The notes under the pieces: generated by a model
Told to the model about the DNA's origin: nothing
Database searches by the model: none
What the model saw: only the letters and a program-made list of their open reading frames with translations
From: Octopus bimaculoides
Lineage: Eukaryota
DNA length: 64,000 nt
Assembly: GCF_001194135.2 (NCBI RefSeq)
Contig: NC_068986.1
Location: forward strand, 6,426,788-6,490,787
Direction of reading: 5' to 3'
Made by a program: the position numbers and the translations under genes
Shown: one piece after another, positions 37,852 to 50,974 of the stretch
Numbering within the stretch: position 1 is the first letter of the stretch
Layout of the letters: the number at the start of each line of letters is the position of its first letter

Positions 37852-39993
37852 TTCTAGATTATATTGCTTTGCAGCTCTAAAAAGCTGAAGTAGTAATCTT
37901 TTTACAATAAATATTAATTGAAAATTTTCTTGCTACATACTCTTACTCTTTTTATATCAGTACTGCTAGAATAAGATCAATATACCTACCAAACATAATG
38001 TTTGACTAGGTGGAGTGTATTATTAAATTACTTTCTCAATAGAAAAACTGTATTTCTTTAACATTAGGTTTTTCGCTAATAAAGTGCTGTGCATGTTTCA
38101 AGATATGGAGACCATTATTGAAGTATTATTTTCTTACAGTATAGTTTGTTCACTTTTTTTTTACCTTAATTTTCTACCCTCTTGTCTCATATTAATTAGT
38201 TTTTACTTGTACAGCTTCAACAAAAGTTATTATGCAGATCCCTTTTATTAATTCCCTCATTTTAGGCATTTTTCCATAAAAGTGTGAAGGATGCAAGTTT
38301 GTACATTTGCTGTTGTTTAGCCACATATCAGCTTTGGCTGAGTAGACTCACGATAAAAGGTGTTTCAGTCATGAGCATTCTGTCCTTCTCTTGGACATTG
38401 TGTATCAAAGACATTGATGTCAAATATAGACCTTGCTATTCAAAATGATTAGGTGTAATTTGAAAGACATTTGGTTGCTATTTCTGGTAGGCCAAATCAA
38501 CTGTGTAGAGAGATTCCCTCACCAGCTTGTTTTTTCATTATATTTAATTAGTTTTGGTTTTCCTAGTTCCTGTTCTAACAGTTTTAAGTGTGTATGTAAT
38601 ATATTTCAAAATAAACTTCATTACCAATAGCTTTTTTTGGTGGTGGGGAGTTTCTAGAAAATGATCTTTCAATTGCTGTGAGTTAACTTTAGTTGAAGTA
38701 TAACTCTTATCAGAAAATACATTATCTCTATACTTAAAAGCATTTAAGAAATAATTTTCATTGTGACTTAGCAATTATTTTCCTTTATCAATGTCACAAT
38801 AATGTAAATCTGTATAATTTTTTTTTAATTCGAAATTGGTTGTTTTGTCTTTTATATCCACCTGATGATGTGAAATAATCTGTTCTAATCATCTTTCACC
38901 AATGGAGATTTAATTCATTTTAAACCAGATTATGTTAAGTCTGTTATCAATTTATTAGGCTCAAATATTCTTTTTCTGTTAATAACCTGAAACTTTTTTC
39001 AAAAGTAAGTCTTTTCAGCTTAATATTCAAAGGTGTAGTTCTTTTTTTTTCTATTTTAATATTTGAGCATATATAGCAAAGTTTCTCAAATAGATGATGG
39101 ATGATTCACTATTTTTTTTTTTTATTTTGAAATATAATTTGCTTGAAAGTAACTAGATGTGAAATAAAATAGCTGCTGTGGTGCTGGTTTTTAATAATTG
39201 ATGTTCTAACTGAAAGGGAAGTTTATAAAACACCTGTGTATATAATTCATGAATATTATATAACATACAGAAAATATTAATATAAATAGTTATTGCTTGA
39301 TATTTCCATGTTGATATGGTCTGTGACCTCACTGACAGCCCACCATTGGCATCAATAATAGGAAAGAAGCCTTCTGTTGCCACGCTTATCTCTTAAAGTT
39401 GTGGAAGCTTGCATAAACAAGGAGTTAAACATTTAAAAGTTTGGGAACAGATGGTTCATTAGTTGAATACCATTTGAAATGCAAGAGTTGATTGGTTTGT
39501 TAGGAAGGCCTTATTAATTTTACAAGTTCAGATTAGAGAATTCAATGCTATGTAAGCAATGAAATTGCTATATGCAGAAAATGTTTCAATGCAGCTGGCA
39601 AGTTGACAACTCTTGCTGAATTTGCACTGGCAGATCTGGTTTTTCTGTTCTGAATACTGATTCCTCCTTAGTTTTGAAAGCAACGAAGTATAATTTTTTG
39701 TTTTTGTTTTTAAACATTATAACAGGAAAGAGTCAAAAGAATATATTACATTCACTTGTAATTAAACAGAAGTGCACTCCTTGTTAACACACTAATAAAA
39801 TAAAAGTAGTGCATTGTATCTCTGTTGTTAAAGCCCACCCCCGCCCTCCGCTTCTAAATTCTAGGTATCCACATCATTGTTCTTTGTAGAAGAATGTTAG
39901 TCCGTTTACTTACACATGTCAAACTGGCTATGTTCATCTCTTCAGTTCTCGTTTCCTGTCTTAGTATTGCTGAAAAATATACCCATTCTGGTA

Positions 39994-40027
<34 letters not shown>

Positions 40028-40034
40028 CATATAT

Positions 40035-40095
<61 letters not shown>

Positions 40096-40518
40096 CCTTA
40101 ATATTATAGAAAAGCATTTATTTGCACTTTCCTCTGTTGGTATAGCACATGTGCAGAATCAAAACTGAGGCACAGTCATTTCAGTACAATGGTGTTTGAC
40201 CAAAATCACATTTGTCTCAATTTTTTTTAACCAATCAAATCACTTGCCATCATTCACTCTTAAAACAGCTTGGCTCATTGCACATAAAACCCATGCAGAT
40301 GGAATGTTATTTTACTTTTGTAATGTTTGGTTTGAAGTCTAAAAAGTACAGTTACAAATAATTTTTTGATTAACAATATAAGACAAAGAGACAGAGAAGG
40401 AGACACATGCATATATAGATAAGTACATAAGCAAATATTTGTTACATTCTTTCTTTCGTGCTCATAGATGTACATACACAAACAGATAAAGAGAGCTCAA
40501 AAAATGTCAACTGCCAGA

Positions 40519-40554
<36 letters not shown>

Positions 40555-41626
40555 CTAGCAGAAATACCCGGCATTGCCCGGGTTAAAGAGAATAACGAAA
40601 TCTAAAAACGCCATCTAGACTACGCATCATTATATATAGAGATGTATATACACACACGCACCCAAACACATGTATATGTATGTATATCAATATAAATATA
40701 TGAAAGTCAATGAAGTTTCGTAAAAGAAGGTGATCATGTACATACTTTCTTGCTGTTGTGATTATAACACCTCATTGTAAACTATGTTCCTTGTTTTCCC
40801 TTGTGGAGCATATACANNNNNNNNNNNNNNNNNNNNNNNNNNNNNNNNNNNNNNNNNNNNNNNNNNNNNNNNNNNNNNNNNNNNNNNNNNNNNNNNNNNN
40901 NNNNNNNNNNNNNNNNNNNNNNNNNNNNNNNNNNNNNNNNNNNNNNNNNNNNNNNNNNNNNNNNNNNNNNNNNNNNNNNNNNNNNNNNNNNNNNNNNNNN
41001 NNNNNNNNNNNNNNNNNNNNNNNNNNNNNNNNNNNNNNNNNNNNNNNNNNNNNNNNNNNNNNNNNNNNNNNNNNNNNNNNNNNNNNNNNNNNNNNNNNNN
41101 NNNNNNNNNNNNNNNNNNNNNNNNNNNNNNNNNNNNNNNNNNNNNNNNNNNNNNNNNNNNNNNNNNNNNNNNNNNNNNNNNNNNNNNNNNNNNNNNNNNN
41201 NNNNNNNNNNNNNNNNNNNNNNNNNNNNNNNNNNNNNNNNNNNNNNNNNNNNNNNNNNNNNNNNNNNNNNNNNNNNNNNNNNNNNNNNNNNNNNNNNNNN
41301 NNNNNNNNNNNNNNNNNNNNNNNNNNNNNNNNNNNNNNNNNNNNNNNNNNNNNNNNNNNNNNNNNNNNNNNNNNNNNNNNNNNNNNNNNNNNNNNNNNNN
41401 NNNNNNNNNNNNNNNNNNNNNNNNNNNNNNNNNNNNNNNNNNNNNNNNNNNNNNNNNNNNNNNNNNNNNNNNNNNNNNNNNNNNNNNNNNNNNNNNNNNN
41501 NNNNNNNNNNNNNNNNNNNNNNNNNNNNNNNNNNNNNNNNNNNNNNNNNNNNNNNNNNNNNNNNNNNNNNNNNNNNNNNNNNNNNNNNNNNNNNNNNNNN
41601 NNNNNNNNNNNNNNNNNNNNNATACA

Positions 41627-41657
<31 letters not shown>

Positions 41658-41976
41658 GTGAAAGTATCTGTCACTACAGTATCGAAATGTGATTGTTTCA
41701 GTTAGTGGAATAGTTTCATTTTTAAAGTGAAAGTATTTGACATGAGTGTTTTTGTTTCACTTTTGACACGTAATACTTAAATAGTGAAGGAGATATTATG
41801 TTGCCGTGTGCTCGAACTCTGCAAGAAGTTAATAATTTTTGTTGACTTAAAACACAACTGGAACCCTAAGTAAGGCATGTGTAAAATTTGAATGAAATTG
41901 GTTGCGTAGTTCTCGAGTTTTAGGGATTCACACAGACAGACAGACAGACACACATTCTCATTTTTATATATATAGA
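40555..41976 (-). mobile_element. Non-autonomous Helitron spanning an N-gap
   Basis: Minus strand 3' end: hairpin ACCCGG-GCAATG-CCGGGT, 7 nt, then CTAG|T (40555). Minus strand 5' end: A|TCTATATATATAAAAATGAGAATGTGTGTCTGTCTGTC at 41976. An alternative 5' TC lies at 40642. Confidence 0.7.
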
Positions 41977-42790
41977 TATATATATATCTCAGAAACGCAC
42001 AGGTGCTCAAAATATGTATGTAGTATGCATGAAAGACTGGTACATACGGTTTCATAGCACAAAATGCATTCATACATACACTGAGCATATGGTTATTTAT
42101 ATGTTTAGATAGGAACAAAGGTATTGTGATGAGACAAGATTTGGTTTGTTAGGTCTCATTTGATGTATTTCAAGAAATTTTAATTGCAAAGATTGCTAGC
42201 AAAATTATGGTCACCAACAGTAATTTATCTATTTATCTCTGAAAAATTGACAAATATGCATATTCATTCAATGACCCAGACATGTATAGCATGATGTCAG
42301 TAACAATGATATTTATTTTATTTTTAGTTTAACTGCGGAGATTGATAACAAACATTTTGCCAGACTGAAAATAGTCTACTTCTAATAATAAATATTATAT
42401 ATGAATTCAGTAACACGTGTGTGTGTGCGTGTGTGTGTGTGCGTGCGTGTGTGTGTGCGCGTGTGTGTGTCATCATTATAATGTCATGCTAACTAGAGCA
42501 ATCATTTTCTCTTGAGTACCATCAATCTTTGGCCTCTTGACTCCAATCTGAAATTGTTTTGCTGCTTTTGTTTCTGAAGTCTAGGATGCTTGTAGTCTTT
42601 TAGGCACTACTCACCTAATTGATCTTCCCACCCACCTGTGCTTCTGCCATTTGATATGGTGGATTAAGGTAATGACTACTCTTTGGTCCAGCTGACTCTC
42701 TTCTTTTTATATCCTGTAATGTCAGAATATCAGTCGTTTTTGCTATCTGTTATTGATGGGCTGAGTATCAGTATTTGGAAAGCTCCTGCT

Positions 42791-42798
42791 CGCGCGCG

Positions 42799-42850
<52 letters not shown>
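42791..42850. repeat. (CG)8(CA)n alternating purine-pyrimidine tract
   Basis: Direct inspection. Confidence 0.95.
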
Positions 42851-42852
<2 letters not shown>

Positions 42853-43687
42853 ATCGTAGAAATGCTGTCATTTGTTTACAATCCTCTGGTCATTGAGCTC
42901 TTTGTTGTTTGAAGGCCTGGAAAAAGATGAGGTCTAGTGACATGAAAAGTATCTGGATATAGAAAAAAATCTGCCTCAGCAAGTTTCCATCTGACACATG
43001 CAAGCACCAAAAAGTGGATGTTAAACAGATACATGCTTGTGCATGTGTGTGTTTGTATGTGTGTATGTTTGTATTGCATTTATGTATTTCAGTGTCTCGC
43101 TATGCGCATCAGCCTAATAATAGCTACTCCTTCCTCTCTTTAGCACCACCCATCAATACCACTTTACCTTAAAAAGTCACATCTTAGTTCAAACTAGACT
43201 CTTATTGGAGTTACCTCTATATTTCTATTCTCATTCCTTTATTTTATTTTTAGTTGACTCTAATTTTTAAAGTTGTGTGAAAAAACAATAAAAAAGATTG
43301 CTAGCCAACCATAGAGTAGCAGTGGAACTGTGTCAGTGATCAGGTCACAATTGGTGCAATGGAAATTTTGACACAAACCCTTTAGCATTTTAACCAACCA
43401 GATCTGGTGTCTCACACCTACCCTACAATGTCATTCTAAAAAATAACAATTACATTATTGAAATGTCAAACCTATGAGATAAAACGTGATTAATTCAAAA
43501 CAAAATAAATAAGCATCACATTTGGGAGAATAATTTGAATGCTAAAAGGTGAAGTGAAGTGAAGTTTTGTGCATTTTTGAACAGCTAATTTGTGTCTTCC
43601 AGACTCATCATCATTTAATGTCCGCTCTCCATACTGGCATAGGTTGGACAGTTTGACAGGGAATTGGCTAGCAGAAAAGCATGGAGA

Positions 43688-44502
43688 GTGAAGCTGCTTG
43701 ACACAGATTGATCATGAACTCTGCTGTGCATGCACACTAAGTTTTAATGTTCTAGCTCACTTCCACTGTTTACAGCAGTGCTTGGAAGGAAGCTGTGTAG
43801 TGCGTGATTGTCACATTGACCATGACAGAGGAAGTTGAGCAGAGAATCTGCATCAAATTTTGCCAAAAGCTTGGCAATACCTGCTCAGAAGCCGCGGCAG
43901 AGTTTTCAAAAAGTTTTCATCATTCTCAACACAATCGAGGAGATCTTGTGTGACTGAAACCCCAAGTGTCCTTTTGGTCAGCTGAAAGCTGTTTTGGCAC
44001 AAACTTGGCAGAGACGTGTCTCATACCCAAATCTTCTGTGATAATGGACTGGACTGAACCACAACTAATCTGCACATCCTCTGATTACTCAGGGATATTG
44101 ATTTGACGATTTTCCCCTCACAACTGCACGCACATCTGTGATGTTTTTCACAGTTCTGTTGGTTGTGGGTCTCTCAGAACGTTCATCAATATCAACATTT
44201 TTTCAGCCATCTTGGAAACCTCTGAATCGCTCATACTCTTGTGCGCGACTCATACACTCCTCTCCATACACTTTCTGCAACTTTGCATAGGCCTCTGAGC
44301 AGGTATTGCCATAACAACTTTCTCTGTCATGATCAATGCAATGATCACATGCTACACATCTTCCTTCCAAGCACTGCTGTAAACAGCAGAAGTGAACTAG
44401 AATGTTAAAACTTAGTGCACATGCACAGCAGAGTTCAAGGTCAATCTACGCCAAGCGGTTTCACTGTGTGTGCTTTAGCTTCATTATTGATCAGACCTCG
44501 TA
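43688..44502. mobile_element. Fold-back mariner derivative with ~200-bp inverted arms
   Basis: Right end TA-CGAGGTCTGATCAATAA and minus-strand transposase N-terminus (ATG 44330: ...GNTCSEAYAKLQKVYGEECMS...LGMRHVSAKFVPK). These are fused at 43891-43898 to an inverted copy of the same 5' end (ATG 43822: MTEEVEQRICIKFCQKLGNTCSEA). Confidence 0.85.
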
Positions 44503-44519
44503 TATGTATCTATATATTT

Positions 44520-44645
44520 CTAGCTTCTTTTAGTTTCCATCAATCAAATCCACCCAAAAGGCTTTGGTTAGCTTGAACCGATACTAGAAGATGCTTGCCT
44601 AAGGTGTCATGCAGTGAAACTGAATCTGAAACTGCACCACAATCT

Positions 44646-44691
<46 letters not shown>

Positions 44692-45480
44692 ATATATGAG
44701 AGAAAGCTTTTCTACATTTCCCATATACCAAATTTCTCTCAGATGGTATTGGTAAGCCCAATGGATCATTCAGTAGGAGTGAACCCACAGCCACATGATT
44801 ATGAAGTGAACTTCTTAACTGCATACAAATCAGTTAATTCACTATTAATTTCATGATCCAAAGTCTGCTTTCATAAAAACTGTATGTGTCGGATCTCTAG
44901 CTTCTTGGAAGACAACATTAGCTACTGTTACATTTGGCAGGTTGTTGTTCAATCCCAGATCAGGCCTGATCGACTGCACTTGTGATAAATGCTGTTTCAT
45001 CTGTTTTTCTCCCATCCCACTTTTTTAAGACAGTAAATGTCATTCAGAGATTTGCCTAATATTTTTAGCTTTTAAAACCAAGCCAAGTAGCCAACGATGT
45101 GCTAAAGAGATGTTTGTGGTGGATGATGGGTTTTGTGTGAGTGGTTTAATTTGGGACTATGTAGTGTTTATAATAGATGTGATTCATGCACGCGTGTGTG
45201 CTCACACATTGATGCACACAGTGGCATGGCTATGTAGTTTAAGAAGTTCGTTTTGCAGCCACGTGGATTTAGGCTCAATTTTATTGCATGTCATTGTGGG
45301 TAGGTGTCTTCTATTGTAACATTTTAGTCCTGTAAGTTTGGTACACAGGAATTGCTGAAATCCTGTTATGTATATTTGTTGAGTGTGTGTGCATGCAAAT
45401 GTATGTGAGTGTGGATATCCTATGCTTGCCATTGCCTGAGTGAGACAGTGATGTTGACCTTGTGACCAGTGACTGCTTTC
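44520..45480. mobile_element. Cluster of degenerate SINE A (44520-44820 -, 45218-45480 +) and SINE C (44940-45095 -) copies
   Basis: Diagnostic motifs of each family are present in both orientations. Confidence 0.6.
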
Positions 45481-46719
45481 AAACAATTCTGGAATAAACC
45501 ATCCCTCATTTAAAAAACAAGTTAGCTTTTGGTGACAGGAAGACCTTCAGGCTGTAATATTCTGCCTCATATAACTTCTTATATAACTTATATTAGCATG
45601 GGAAAACAGTTGTTAATTAAATGAATGAACAGTATAATGAGTTTAGATATTTCTGCAAGTGTTACGATAGTATATATCGGCTAATCATTAGCATGTCAAT
45701 GACATTTGTAGCAGTGTCATTGTACATTGAATTAAAATGGTAAATTCTACTAAATGACATGCTACTTGAGTTCTGTTTCATGTGATTATTGGACCAGAAT
45801 GGAAGTTGAGCATGTGGCTTCTTTTTTTAATTCTTTTCTACACTAAACATAGTATTTGGGTGGAAGATGTGCACCACTGCTGGTCACGAGGACCAGTGAT
45901 GGTGAATCACTAGATGTTAAGTTCTTTTTATTTGATACATTATTACAGATATAAATAACACAAAGCAATTTAAATAGACACATTAAGAATTCTTCTCTTT
46001 GTTATATGAGAGGGAAACTTAACTTCCTCATGAAACAGCAAAATGGTTGCATTCCACTTTGTAAAGGATGGGTTGCACGATGCTGAAATGAAATGAGTAG
46101 GAAGTAATAAAAAATATCTAGGTTGAAACTCCCCAATTCCAACTGAATCACGTAGCATTGACTTTTAATATACTAAAGTTTAATATTAACATATATTTTT
46201 GTACAAGAATTTTTATTTCTAATGAAAACTTTTTATTTTAATCTTAAGTTTATACCCCACTTCTTTCTTTAGTAAATTGGTTTTCATATCCATTTTCTTT
46301 TCCATGCTGGTATGGTTCAGGTGAATACATATTGTTGGAACATGGTTTCACTGTTGGATGCTTGGCGTAGCCCATGCCTGTTTTTCAAACAAGGGTGTTT
46401 TTCATTTCACATGTTTTCAAATGTGCGAGTACAAAGCTACCAGACATTTAGTTGATAGGGAAATGGAAACAAAGAATACTTACTGTAACTCATGAGACCA
46501 CACAATGTAAACATTGTTACAAAGACATTTGTGTGCAAACGGATTTTATGTCTTATACATATAATAAAAGAGTGTGTGTCCTGTTGGTCACACTGGCAGA
46601 GGGAAACTAAAACAATAGTGTGAGTGAGTGACAGACAGGAACATTAAATACAGGCAAACTGTATTGAGAAGTTGCAGTGTAAATTTTTATCATAAAAAAT
46701 AGTTATTTCAGCAGTTACA

Positions 46720-46749
46720 CGCACACACACACACACACACACTCTCTCT

Positions 46750-46785
<36 letters not shown>

Positions 46786-46802
46786 TTCTCTCCCTCTTTC
46801 TC

Positions 46803-46833
<31 letters not shown>

Positions 46834-46858
46834 CTCTCTCTTTCTCTCTCTTTCTCTC
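46720..46858. repeat. (CA)n(CT)n compound microsatellite
   Basis: Direct inspection. Confidence 0.95.
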
Positions 46859-47030
46859 ATATGAAATTAAATGAACTTTTTCATATTGTTCATGTAACCT
46901 TTAGAAACTTACATATATGTGTGTGTGGCTGTGTGATAGAAGTTTGCTGTTCAACCACAGTATAGCCACAGGTCAACCAAAGCCTTATGAGCGGATTTGA
47001 TCGACGGAAACTGGGAGAAGTCTGTCATAT

Positions 47031-47380
47031 AGGTGCAGAAGTGGTTGTGTGGTAAATAGCTTGCTTACCAACCACATGGTTCAGTCCCACTGCGTGGCAT
47101 CTTGGGCAAGTGTCTTCTACTATAGAGAAGCCTTGTGAGTAGATTTGGTACACAGAAACTGAAGGAAGCCCGTTGTGTGTGTGTGTGTCTGTTTGTCCCC
47201 CCAACATCGCTTGACAGCCGAAGCTAGTGCATTTACATCCCCATAACTTAGCGGTTTGGCAAAAGAGACCGATAGAATAAGTACTACGCTTACAAAGAAT
47301 AAATCCAGTGGTCAGTTTGCTCGGCTAAAGGCAGAGCTCAAGCATGGCCACAGTCAAATGACAAGAAAAGAATAAAAGAA
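47031..47380 (+). mobile_element. Full-length SINE family A
   Basis: aggtgcagaagtggttgtgtggtaaatagcttgcttaccaaccacatggttcagtcccactgcgtggc...aagaaaagaataaaagaa. Confidence 0.85.
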
Positions 47381-47616
47381 CGCTTATACATGTATGTGTG
47401 TACCTTTGTTCCTGTGTTTGTCCCCTACTACCGCTTGGTTTGTTTACATCCCCATAATTTTGTGGTTCAGGAACAGACTGATAGAATAAGTAGTACCAGT
47501 GGGTTTCTTCCAGTTTGTTTACCATTCTACTGACAAGGCTTTAGTTGGCTCAGGGCTGTGCTAGAAGACACTATCTGATCTATGTGGGCTTAGAAACATA
47601 GATGTTATATATATAT

Positions 47617-47830
47617 ATTCTTTTCTACTCTAGGCACAAGGCCCAAAATGTTGGGGAAGGGGTCAGTCGATTAGATCGACCCCAGTACGCAACTGGTATT
47701 TAATTTATTGACCCAGAAAGGATGAAAGGCAAAGTCAACCATGGCAGAATTTGAACTCAGAATGTAAAGACAGACAAAATACTGCTAAGCATTTCGCCTG
47801 GCGTGCTAATGTTTCTTTCAGCTTGCCACC
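47617..47830 (-). mobile_element. Full-length SINE family B
   Basis: Minus strand: ggtggcaagctgaaagaaacattagcacgccaggcgaaatgcttagc...ttctgagttcaaattctgcc...ctggggtcgatctaatcgactgacccc...gagtagaaaagaat. Other copies at 28220-28410 and 63699-63905. Confidence 0.85.
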
Positions 47831-49359
47831 TTAATATATACATATTATATTAGAAGATATTTTCAACTGCGATCTTATAACAGTATCTAATTGTTCAAGT
47901 GCTTCAATTATGTGTATGTACACATACTTACTTGATTGCTGTCAGTTATCAATGGCTTCTGCCATTGTTTTGATGCACTATTTGCTATCATTAGTAACTG
48001 TTGGCTTTCTTGACAATATGAGTATGCTAGTATAATTGTATACTTGTATGTGTAACTCTATATATAAGCTTTATGCTGTTTATAAGAAATTTGCTCACAA
48101 GGCATTGGTCACCCTGGGTCAGTTGTAGATGATGCATGTCCTAGGTACCATGCAGTGGAACTGAACCTAAAATCACATGCTTGCAAAGTGAATTTAACCT
48201 CTCAACCATGGTTAAGCCTGAAAATTATTGATCGGAAAAATCAAAATCACTCTAAAAGAAATGTAAACATGTTTGAATGTTTTTCCCAAACCATTAAGTA
48301 TTCCAAAGTGTTTTTCTGCACCTTGATACTTATGTCTTTGGTGAAGACTCTTTGAATACTTTATCTAAACAAGGTAACTATTTGTGGATCTAGTTTTTGT
48401 AAGCCAACTGAGCCAGATTAATTTACTGTAGGCTAGATTTAATGTCATTCCTCAGAATTAGTGATCTTTGCTATATTTTCAATATTAGATGACAACTAAT
48501 GAAGCTTCTAAATATGTTCTTTGGCAGGATTTACTCCTTTTAACTTGTATTATAAAGAAAAATCTTAATTTTATTCTTTAAATGCAGACGATTTTAATAT
48601 GAGCATATGTGTGAATGTATATGTGTGTGTGTGTGTGTGTGTATAACATAGTTGAGTTCCATTATAGGTAGTACTCTATCCAGTGTAAACTGTTTATATT
48701 AAACGATATATATCTATTAAAAGTTAGGTTGAATCTTGCTTGCTTGCAATGTTACTCAGCCAAACTGGTGCATAATGGGAAAATACTATGGATTAAGTTT
48801 ACCCTGAAATGTTAATATGAATGTAATGAAACAATTTTTGCATAAATTGGTAAAGTGGTTTTCGAGATATTAGAGGTTTGTGGGATATAAATACCCAAAA
48901 TGGTGCATAATGAGAAATTGTTCCAAAAATAATCTTCATCCAGAAAGGGATGAAACTCTTATCTTTCTATTAGACACAGTGAGTTGACAATGAAAAAGCA
49001 ATGTTTTTTTTTTCTTTTTTACAGTAAATGTCTCTTTTCGCTTTTGTTAAACCCAATATTTTAATCATTTAGAAATATTTTTAAGTGAATGTGATTTCAA
49101 GTGTAAGTTGTTTGTGCAGTAAATATTTATATTTTAGCTTTCTTTAAACAGATAATATTTGAATGTTTTTTTTTAATTATTTTCAAGTGAATACCATTAC
49201 AAAATTTTTTCTGGCATATTTTAAAAAAATGTTCTAAAGTGAAAGTGGCTTATAAAATACAGTAAATATTTTGTAAAAGACCTGTTCATATCTTCAGTGT
49301 GATTAAGATTTTTTTTTCCATGGGTTTTTCTTGAGTACATTCAGTGGGTGCTATTTCTA

Positions 49360-49434
49360 GCACGCCCTGCTACCACATAACTGCTGTTTGCGATAAAGGA
49401 CCCGAAATACCTGTTATATGGTAGCAGGGCATGC
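49360..49434. other. 75-nt inverted repeat (22-bp arms, 20/22 match)
   Basis: gcacgccctgctaccacataac (49360-49381) versus gttatatggtagcagggcatgc (49413-49434). Confidence 0.85.
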
Positions 49435-49624
49435 AAAAAATATCAGCCAAATCTTTCCTTCATGCTTTATGAATGATTTCAATATCACATTCATTGAACG
49501 CATGTGAAATAACCTGGGGGGGGGGGACCCCCACGAAACAAAACTCTGTTGGTGGGAAACTCAGTTTCTTGGTGACCCAATAGGTCACAGGTAGTTTACT
49601 GTATATATATGTATAATATATCCC

Positions 49625-50000
49625 CCGCTGGACTGGCTCTTGTGCGGGTGACACATGAAATGCACCATTTTGAGCGTGACCGTTGCCAGTGCGGCCTGGC
49701 TGACCTTCGTGGGATTTTCGAGCGAGATCGTTGCCAGTGCATCTGAACTGGCTCTTGTGCGGGTGGCACATAAAATGCACCAATTTGAGCGTGGCCGTTG
49801 CCAGTACCGCCTGACTGGCCTTCGTGCGGGTGACACGTCAAAGCACCCACTACACTCTCTGAGTGGTTGGCGTTAGGAAGGGCATCCAGCTGTAGAAACT
49901 CTGCCAAATCAGATTGGAGCCTGGTGTAGCCATCTGGTTTCACCAGTCCTCAGTCAAATCGTCCAACCCATGCTAGCATGGAAAGCGGACATTAAACGAT

Positions 50001-50003
<3 letters not shown>
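49625..50003 (+). mobile_element. SINE family D, long copy with internal ~45-65-bp tandem units ending gttgccagt
   Basis: Repeated ctggctcttgtgcgggtg(a/g)cacat.aaatgcacca.tttgagcgtg.ccgttgccagt units precede the common 3' tail. CpGs are largely retained. Confidence 0.8.
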
Positions 50004-50040
<37 letters not shown>

Positions 50041-50928
50041 TGTACATACACATACATATAAGTATGTATATGTATCTGTGTGTGTATNNNNNNNNNNNNN
50101 NNNNNNNNNNNNNNNNNNNNNNNNNNNNNNNNNNNNNNNNNNNNNNNNNNNNNNNNNNNNNNNNNNNNNNNNNNNNNNNNNNNNNNNNNNNNNNNNNNNN
50201 NNNNNNNNNNNNNNNNNNNNNNNNNNNNNNNNNNNNNNNNNNNNNNNNNNNNNNNNNNTATATATATATATATATATGGTTGTGTAATACGTATGTTAAA
50301 AATTGCTGGAATGAGTCCAGCAAAGAATATAATGTACTGATGGTTGCTTGTAGCAGCAGCGAATGTATAATGGAAATAGAATTAGATGAATGGACATGTG
50401 CTAAGTAGAAAACTTATGTAAATTTAAAAGAACAATAATAAAGCTGAGAGACTTGGAATGAAGTAATTAGAGCAGACCTTTGGGTTCCACAGTTATGCCA
50501 ATTCAAAATTATAATGAAATTGTTATTTGCAGACACGGTCAGCTCATGTCTTCATGAAGTAGAAAATGCAAAGATGTTGCCGGGATTCTTATTTAATTTT
50601 TACTTTTACCAATAAATCAATATATGTTCATCAGTTTCAACAGGGGAAAAAAATTGTTTGCTTTTATTGAAACATCATTAAAAATTATTTAATTTTGCCA
50701 CTAATAGTAAATGAAAAATACCAATTTGTACTGTTTTGTAAATGAAATTTATAAACCTTTGTTAATGATTTATTTATAAATTGTCTTATGAGTAATTACC
50801 TTTGTAATAAAAATAAATCATTAGACTGTGTACAAATCTTTAAAAATGAAATTTATGTATACATTCACATATAATGTATGTATGTATGTATGTATGTATG
50901 TATATATGTGTGTATATATATATATATG

Positions 50929-50974
<46 letters not shown>

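Noticed and set aside
49625-49830. Repeat-spacer-like units reminiscent of a CRISPR array
   Set aside because: Eukaryotic SINE-internal tandem duplications; the intervening segments are homologous rather than unique, and there are no cas genes.
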